A stretch of 64,000 bases of DNA. Origin: Methanobacteriota archaeon (lineage in GTDB: Archaea > Thermoplasmatota > Poseidoniia > Poseidoniales > Poseidoniaceae). The position numbers were made by a program, and so were the translations under genes. Below, piece by piece: positions 57,903-64,000 of the stretch. The first letter of the stretch is position 1. Every line of letters begins with the position of its first letter. The notes under the pieces were generated by a model, which worked only from the letters and a program-made list of their open reading frames with translations, was not told the DNA's origin and searched no databases. The stretch is taken from the NCBI GenBank assembly GCA_002722135.1, contig PBKJ01000008.1, positions 30,290 through 94,289 of the forward strand, written 5' to 3'.

Positions 57903-57962
57903 CCCCCCTTTCTCACCGGGTGCCGCCGATGCCCTGAAGGGCTCTGCGGCGCGCCTCGATGC

Positions 57963-58982
57963 ATGACCTCCAACGGAGGGCACACCCGATGCCTCCTTGG
58001 TGGAACCTTTGACCGATTGCACCACGGCCACGAAGACCTCTTGCGTGCGGGATTGGAAGCTGCTTCCCATCTGGAGGTGCACGTGACCACAGACAGCATG
58101 GCCTTCGCCAAGGACCACCGCATCCAATCGATGGAGGACCGCATGGCCGCCGTTGAGGCAGCACTGCGGAGCGTACGGGAAACGGGGTGGAGCTTGCACA
58201 TGCTGGAGGACGCCTTCGGGCCCGCGCCGACGCACACCACCGCCGATGCGTTGGTGGTCAGTCCCGAAACCCGAACAGGGGGGGAGGCCATCAATCGAAA
58301 GCGCAGTGAATCAGGACTTGCGCCCCTCGTGCTCATCGAAGTTCCCCATCGACGAAACGCCGCGGGAACCATTCTTTCCTCGACCGCCATTCGAAACGGG
58401 AGCATGGACGTCACCGGTGAAGCGTGGATCAACCCGTCGTGGCGCACCCATGTCATGGCGATGAGCCCGGATGCAGAAGCGCATCTGAAAACCCCATCTG
58501 GAACGCCATACAAGGGGCCGGAGGCAACACCTGAAGTGGCCATGGCCGCTGTCTTGGACGACCTGACCTCGCTGGATGGCCCCCTCATCGCCGTAGGGGA
58601 CGTGACCGCTCGGGTCATGCTCGAACTTGACATGGTGCCGGACCTGGCCCTTATTGACGGCCAAACGAAACGGATGGCCCTGAACGAGGACGAAACCGTC
58701 GACACGTCTCACTTCCCGGTACGAATGACGGCGTCCTCACCAGCGGGTGTCCTGACCCCGAACTTGCTCGAGCAACTTGAACGGGCCCTCCATGCGGAGG
58801 AAGCGTGCGTGATGACGGTGGACGGAGAGGAGGACATGGCGCCGTTGTACCTGCACTTGCTTGCCCCGTTGGGGACCGTTATCGTGTTTGGCATGCCGGG
58901 CTGGGGCCTGATGGTGCAGCGCACCACCCTTGCGATGAAGGCGCGGTGCAGAACCATTCTCAACGCCTTTGAGGTGAAGTGA
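57963..58982 (+). CDS. coaD: Fused phosphopantetheine adenylyltransferase / DUF359 GTP-dependent dephospho-CoA kinase
   Basis: GGTFDRLHHGH, LVVSPET, LSSTAIR, then IAVGDVT, LIDGQTKR, VDGEEDM. Confidence 0.88.
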   Translation: MTSNGGHTRCLLGGTFDRLHHGHEDLLRAGLEAASHLEVHVTTDSMAFAKDHRIQSMEDRMAAVEAALRSVRETGWSLHMLEDAFGPAPTHTTADALVVSPETRTGGEAINRKRSESGLAPLVLIEVPHRRNAAGTILSSTAIRNGSMDVTGEAWINPSWRTHVMAMSPDAEAHLKTPSGTPYKGPEATPEVAMAAVLDDLTSLDGPLIAVGDVTARVMLELDMVPDLALIDGQTKRMALNEDETVDTSHFPVRMTASSPAGVLTPNLLEQLERALHAEEACVMTVDGEEDMAPLYLHLLAPLGTVIVFGMPGWGLMVQRTTLAMKARCRTILNAFEVK

Positions 58983-60133
58983 TGGGCGAGGATGCACCGC
59001 TTGTCACGATCACCGTTTGCGTACGCAACGGTGCGGATTGGGTCGAAGGGTGCATGCAATCCCTGCTGGAGCAAACGTGGCGGCCTTTGGAAATCGTCGC
59101 CGTCGACGACGGTTCGTCCGACGGTTCTGACGAACGCCTTCAGGCCTTTCATGACCCTGACGGAGAGGTCCCCGTGCGCGTTCTTCGACGCCCAGCCGAA
59201 GGCTTAGCGGCCGCCCGAAACGCTGCTGCTCGAGCAGCAAGAGGAACCTGGATCGCCATCACAGACATCGACGTTCGGCCCATGCCGGACTGGATTGAGG
59301 CACTGATGGCCGCGAGAAATGGTCTCGAAAACGAAGACGTCATGGCCGTCACAGGCCGCACCATATTCGAAGAGGGGGACGATCTTGTCTCTCGATTGCG
59401 CTCCATCGAAATTGAACGGAAGTACCGAAGCCGTCCGCGGCGAACGAGCCTCGCCAACGGACCATGTTCCATGTTCAGGGCGGACGCCCTGCTCGAGGTA
59501 GGTGGTTTCGAACCCGCCTGGTACCACGCCGAAGACATGGAGGTCAGCCTCAACATGGTCGCCGCAGGAGGTACCATCGTTTACACACCTGAAGCCATGG
59601 TGCGCCACGTCCCCGAGGAAGGGCGTCAGCGCTTTGCCGCCAAGCGGCGCAGGGATGCCCGCGCCCATGTTCGTATCGCGCGTCGATGGCCACGACGGGC
59701 CAGGAAGGGCATGCGGTTCGATTTTCTTGGCACACCGCTTCTGGTCTTGGCCATGATGCCGCTCCGATTGGCGACGTGGGCGTGTTTCATTGCTGCAATT
59801 GGCCCGGCCGTGTTGTGGTGGACGCAGAACGGCACAGGCGGCACTGACGGCATTCTACCGCCTGACCCTGCGGCATCATTCGCCATCGCCTCCACCTTCT
59901 GGGTGGGCGCAGTGCTCCTTGCGGAAGCGACCATGTGGTTCAGCGCCCTTGGTGCCGTCACGCGGGAAGTCCTGTCGGACGTGCGACGCCGGAAGCGGCT
60001 CACATGGTTGATCTCGCGCGAGTCCTTCGCGCTCAGGATGCTGCTGTTGAGTTGGTCTTGGGCGCTGTGGCGTGGGCTGGTGCTCGGAGGGTGGGATGCG
60101 GTCACCGGCCGGAACGGCCACCGGCGTCGCTGA
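58979..60133 (+). CDS. GT2 glycosyltransferase with C-terminal TM region
   Basis: VAVDDGSSD, GLAAARN, ITDID, VGGF, AEDME. Confidence 0.88.
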   Translation: MMGEDAPLVTITVCVRNGADWVEGCMQSLLEQTWRPLEIVAVDDGSSDGSDERLQAFHDPDGEVPVRVLRRPAEGLAAARNAAARAARGTWIAITDIDVRPMPDWIEALMAARNGLENEDVMAVTGRTIFEEGDDLVSRLRSIEIERKYRSRPRRTSLANGPCSMFRADALLEVGGFEPAWYHAEDMEVSLNMVAAGGTIVYTPEAMVRHVPEEGRQRFAAKRRRDARAHVRIARRWPRRARKGMRFDFLGTPLLVLAMMPLRLATWACFIAAIGPAVLWWTQNGTGGTDGILPPDPAASFAIASTFWVGAVLLAEATMWFSALGAVTREVLSDVRRRKRLTWLISRESFALRMLLLSWSWALWRGLVLGGWDAVTGRNGHRRR

Positions 60134-60739
60134 TCACGCTTCGGATTCGCTCATCGCGAGGGCACGCAAGGCAAATCCGAAGGCCACGAGCACCGCGCTG
60201 ACCGCGTACACGCCGGGGTCAAACCAGTTGGTGTGCATGATGCCACGAACCACGTAGAAGACGAGCCCAATCAAAAGGCACCAAGCCCCCACGGTGTGGC
60301 TCAAGCCATCGGAGGCCGAACCAAGGGCGCGCCAGGTGGAGTTGTCCACGAGGCTGCGGAAGAACCCAGCAACGCTCCCGTCTTCGTTGGCGATGGACCG
60401 GAAGCCGAGGGCGACAAGGCCGCCGCAGAGGGCGATGAACACAGCATCGCTGGCGACGAAGGCAGGCGCGGTGGCGTGGGCTTCGAAGGCTTCGTTCAGT
60501 CGACCCATGCTGAGCACGCCAGCCCACGAGATGCGTTGGGTGGGATGTGCCATGCCGAGGAGGTTGAGCAGAGCAAGGAGGAGGCCCCAAGCTCCGAGGC
60601 CGACGAACCAACGGGCGGTCGAGGAGGAAGGTTCGATGACCATCTGGACCAGGCCGCGGCCTTCGCTGGACGTCTCGGTCATGTCGCTCGCCACCTGCCC
60701 TCTTGTTATAACGGCGTCGCAGTCAACGACGTGGCTCAC
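60134..60739 (-). CDS. Hypothetical membrane protein (about 4 TM)
   Basis: Hydrophobic helices; start overlaps cdc6 stop (alternative start 60682). Confidence 0.7.
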   Translation of the reverse strand: MSHVVDCDAVITRGQVASDMTETSSEGRGLVQMVIEPSSSTARWFVGLGAWGLLLALLNLLGMAHPTQRISWAGVLSMGRLNEAFEAHATAPAFVASDAVFIALCGGLVALGFRSIANEDGSVAGFFRSLVDNSTWRALGSASDGLSHTVGAWCLLIGLVFYVVRGIMHTNWFDPGVYAVSAVLVAFGFALRALAMSESEA

Positions 60740-61977
60740 AGCCTGCTCTGATGACGGTACTTCGAAGAGAAGATGGGTTCCAAATCGGGCTCAGAAGCTT
60801 GGATGATGGCCGCGGCATCGACGTTGGGAGGGAGGCTCGAGTGAATCTCCTTCGTTCGCCCGTAGCGACCGCGGCTGACGGTTCGGGCGGTGATCAGTCC
60901 AAGCATGTCGAGGTTTGAGATGAGCATGGACACCCGGCGGGCGGTGAGGGGTGTTTTGCCCACGTGGTGGCACGCTTGGTCGTAGACGTCGTACACTTCA
61001 CCGGTCTGCACACCTCGTGCCCCCGTGCGCTCGGTGAGGAGTACAGCGGAGAGGACGAGTTTCTGTTGCGTCGGCAGCGAGTGAACAACAGGCGTGATCT
61101 GGTCGGCTTCAATCTGAGATTGTGCCGTGCGGACGTGGCGGATGGCCACCGTGTTGGTGCCTTCGTGCTCCGCCTTTTCCGCCGAGACGCGAAGCAGGTC
61201 CAAAGCGCACCGGGCATCGCCGTGCTCTTGCGCAGCGAGGGCGGCGCAGAGGCCAATCACGCCGTCTTCCAAGGCCTCCGGGTGGAGGGCGCTCGAGGAG
61301 CGCTGAACGAGGATGTCACGCAGTTGGTCCGCATCATAGGGGTTGAACACAACGTCCTGCTGACCAAGACGAGACCGGACACGCGGGTCAAGGAAGTCGG
61401 TGAACTTCAGGTCGTTCGAGATGCCGATGACACAGCATCGGGCCGAATTTAGGGAACTGTTGAGGTTCGTGAGGTTGTAGAGGAGGTCGTCGCCTGCTTT
61501 GCGAACGAGGTGGTCGATCTCGTCGAGGACGAGGATGTAGACGCCCGCTCGCTTTTCCATGCGACGGACGAGCTCGCCAAGCACCCGGTCGGTGGGCCAG
61601 CCCGTGAAAGGAATCTCATCCACCTCATGGGCCTCGAGCATGGAGTTTCCAAGGTGCGTCAAGACGCGGTATTGGGTGTCGATTTGTCGGCAGTTGACGG
61701 TGATGGCAAACACGTCGCGATCGATTTGTCGTCCCTTCTCGACGAGCTGATTGCAGACAAAGGAGGTCACGGCCGTCTTTCCGGCCCCGGTCACACCGTA
61801 CAGGATCATGTTGGAGGGAATTTGCCCGTTGAGCGCTTCAACGAGGTTGAAGGTCAGTTGCTCAATCTCCCTGTCCCTGTGGGGCAAAGTGGTGGGCTGA
61901 TGGCTGTGACGAAGGTGCTCCTTGTTGCGGAACAACGTGGCCCTGCCAAGGGCCTTGTCGAAGATGTTCCCACTCAT
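60736..61977 (-). CDS. cdc6: Orc1/Cdc6 replication initiator
   Basis: LPHRDREI, YGVTGAGKT, VLDEIDHL, LDPRVRSRL, HGDARCALDLL, SRGRYGRT. Confidence 0.95.
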   Translation of the reverse strand: MSGNIFDKALGRATLFRNKEHLRHSHQPTTLPHRDREIEQLTFNLVEALNGQIPSNMILYGVTGAGKTAVTSFVCNQLVEKGRQIDRDVFAITVNCRQIDTQYRVLTHLGNSMLEAHEVDEIPFTGWPTDRVLGELVRRMEKRAGVYILVLDEIDHLVRKAGDDLLYNLTNLNSSLNSARCCVIGISNDLKFTDFLDPRVRSRLGQQDVVFNPYDADQLRDILVQRSSSALHPEALEDGVIGLCAALAAQEHGDARCALDLLRVSAEKAEHEGTNTVAIRHVRTAQSQIEADQITPVVHSLPTQQKLVLSAVLLTERTGARGVQTGEVYDVYDQACHHVGKTPLTARRVSMLISNLDMLGLITARTVSRGRYGRTKEIHSSLPPNVDAAAIIQASEPDLEPIFSSKYRHQSRL

Positions 61978-62139
61978 TGGGAGCACCCCTTCATAACGTG
62001 TCCCCCGGGAATCGCGGAGGCCACGCACAGCATGTCTCACGTGAGTCCGAGTCCCCCTCATAAGCCTGCCCACCGCGAGGAAAATGAAACCACCATCGAC
62101 CCATCTTTTGGCCGTTTATATGCCCCCAATTGGAGGGTC

Positions 62140-62958
62140 TTATGCCATCGGGTTTTGGGCGGAATCTTTCAGATGAGCGACCCACGTTCCGCCCGTCCAC
62201 GACCATGCCTCACCGTCGCGCGCGAGGTGGACGTTGCTCGGCATGTCGGGAATTGGTGCAGAGACGATGTCAGGCCCCGGCCCCTCATCGTCGGCGAAGG
62301 TGTGGGTGATGACGAACCTGACCGCAGGATGGCGGTTGGCCAGTGCAACGACATCCTTCGGGGTATGATGGTGGTCGGTGTCGACCCAATCGGGCACGCC
62401 CATCTCGACCACGGCCAAGCCGACACCCCCGATTTCCGACTCGAGTGTGTCGCACGGTCCGCTGTCCCCGCTGTGCAACCATTCAGCCCCGTCGTCATGC
62501 ACGAAACGGTAGCCGTGTGGATCAACAGCATCGTCATGGTGAACCTCGAAGCGGGCATACGACCACCCCCCTTCGAGCCTCCCTTCTGTGGCCTCCACAA
62601 CCTCAACCGCGTCCAGCATGGGCTCGAGGCTGCCTGGGTAGGCAAGGTTGCACAAGTGCCGAACGCGGTCGAAGGCCCCTGGGGCGCACACGATACGCAG
62701 CGGAAGAGCACCCTCACGGTCCGAGATGTACTTCCGCTCAAGGAGCAGGAACGGCAAACCGAACACATGGTCTCCATGAAGGTGAGTGATTAGGATTGTG
62801 CGGAGCTCAGCAGGCGAACGGCCCGCACGGCGCAGGGCGATGAGGGCCGTGGGTGACGCATCGATCAGGTGCCGCCCGTCCAACAGCGCCATCGAATGGA
62901 GACGCCCTCTTGGAAGGAAGGCGTTCCCGGTCCCAAGCAGCTCAACGCGTGGGTCCAT
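62140..62958 (-). CDS. MBL-fold metallo-hydrolase (RNase Z-like)
   Basis: LLGTGNAF, THLHGDH, HSGDSGP, HHTP, ITH. Confidence 0.85.
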   Translation of the reverse strand: MDPRVELLGTGNAFLPRGRLHSMALLDGRHLIDASPTALIALRRAGRSPAELRTILITHLHGDHVFGLPFLLLERKYISDREGALPLRIVCAPGAFDRVRHLCNLAYPGSLEPMLDAVEVVEATEGRLEGGWSYARFEVHHDDAVDPHGYRFVHDDGAEWLHSGDSGPCDTLESEIGGVGLAVVEMGVPDWVDTDHHHTPKDVVALANRHPAVRFVITHTFADDEGPGPDIVSAPIPDMPSNVHLARDGEAWSWTGGTWVAHLKDSAQNPMA

Positions 62959-63075
62959 GTGACCACCGAGAACGCGATGCCCACATGGACCCATCGGCGA
63001 GGTCGAGGTCGGCGTTTGACAAGGATGATAAGGACCCTTTCCGAGGCGGAACCGACGCTTGCGTCGGTGAGTCAG

Positions 63076-64000
63076 ATGAGCGAAACATGGTCGCTGAAGA
63101 ACCCCTACCCGTCGAAGATTGTGGACAACTACATTCTCAACGGAGAAGGCTCGCGCAAAGAAACACGTCACATCGCCTTTGAACTCGGCGACTCGGGGAT
63201 GACCTACAGGGCAGGGGATGCACTTGGCGTCATCGCGGAGAACCCCCCACACATCGTCGACGAGATGATCGAACTGCAGGGTTGGGACCCAGAGCACCCC
63301 GTGACCACCCACGCCGGCGAGCGCACGCTTCGTGACGCGCTCAAGAAGGACTACGAAGTCCACATGGCGAGCTCAAACTTTGTCTCCGATTTGCTGGAAC
63401 GCGTCAAGCCGAGCGGGCTCCGCGTCAGTTTGTCCTTCGTTCAGCGCGAGCGGTCCGGGCCTGAGCCCGACGCACCTGCCGCCAGCAAGCCGCGAGAGGA
63501 CCCGCGCTCGCGCGTTGAGACCATCAACGCCTCCAAGGAATCGATTGCGGATTACCTCTGGACGCGTGATTACGTGGACATCATGCGCGAATTCGACCTC
63601 AAGTACAGCCCCGAAGAATTCCTCGCGCTCGCTGGAAAGGTCAAGCCTCGCCTCTACAGCATCTCGTCGTCACCCGACGCACATCCAGGACTGGTCGAAC
63701 TCACCGTGGGCATCGTCCGTTTCGAGTACCACGGACGCAAGCGAGGCGGTCTGTGCACGCTGTACATGGCCGATGAAATCGACACCAGCGGCGCACCGAT
63801 CAACGTCTTCATGTCCCCGACCAAGAGTTTCCTCCTCCCTGACGACGGTGATGTTGACATCATCATGGTTGGGCCCGGCACCGGCATTGCGCCCTTCCGT
63901 GCCTTCATGGAACAGCGTGTTCACGACAAGTCGAAGGGCCGAAACTGGCTTTTCTTTGGCGACCAATCGCAACACACCGAGTACTACTACAAGGAACAGA
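63076..64000 (+). CDS. CysJ/CPR-like FAD/NADPH reductase lacking N-terminal flavodoxin domain, 3'-truncated
   Basis: KETRHIAF, YRAGDALGV, PRLYSISSS, GLCT, MVGPGTGIAPFRAF, NWLFFG; runs off window end. Confidence 0.85.
   Translation, partial: MSETWSLKNPYPSKIVDNYILNGEGSRKETRHIAFELGDSGMTYRAGDALGVIAENPPHIVDEMIELQGWDPEHPVTTHAGERTLRDALKKDYEVHMASSNFVSDLLERVKPSGLRVSLSFVQRERSGPEPDAPAASKPREDPRSRVETINASKESIADYLWTRDYVDIMREFDLKYSPEEFLALAGKVKPRLYSISSSPDAHPGLVELTVGIVRFEYHGRKRGGLCTLYMADEIDTSGAPINVFMSPTKSFLLPDDGDVDIIMVGPGTGIAPFRAFMEQRVHDKSKGRNWLFFGDQSQHTEYYYKEQ

Noticed and set aside
57620-57960. RNase P or SRP RNA
   Set aside because: Lacks the GAGGAAAGUCC (RNase P) and helix-8 GNRA/AGCA (SRP) signatures
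57563-57966. Small ORFs (e.g. spt4-like gene expected near DUF359, or ATG after GAGGTGA at 57865)
   Set aside because: No Spt4 motif in any frame; region is better explained by the structured RNA, where GAUGA forms a K-loop
61978-62139. Replication origin upstream of cdc6
   Set aside because: Only a TATA-like tataaa and two ttatga(g/a)gggg motifs; no clear ORB array or extended AT-rich unwinding element

Overview
High-GC archaeal chromosomal segment. The gene content (PCNA, Cdc6/Orc1, fibrillarin/Nop5, TFS, DUF3860, TSP3-repeat subtilase, many bacterial-type enzymes) fits Marine Group II Euryarchaeota (Poseidoniales); this taxonomy is an inference. The main find is a tightly coupled operon fabI - 2941-aa type I megasynthase (KS-AT-degenerate ACP-KS2-ACPx3-KR-DH) - Sfp-type PPTase, an ACP-dependent fatty-acid/polyketide pathway in an archaeon. 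All three intact ACPs carry Thr (GIDTVKQ) instead of the canonical phosphopantetheine-accepting Ser. The second find is an unannotated ~260-nt intergenic RNA (57641-57902) with four consecutive K-turn hairpins, two ending in ACA boxes, whose pockets are complementary to conserved rRNA sites: a probable multi-hairpin H/ACA guide RNA. The window also holds a complete retinal pathway (crtI/crtB/crtY/blh), a highly diverged TBP-like protein, a THUMP-less ThiI, a CoaD-DUF359 fusion, bacterial-type glpX/fba and mutM, two giant surface proteins and tRNA-Gly(TCC). All calls come from motifs read by eye; no database searches were run, and start codons are best estimates.
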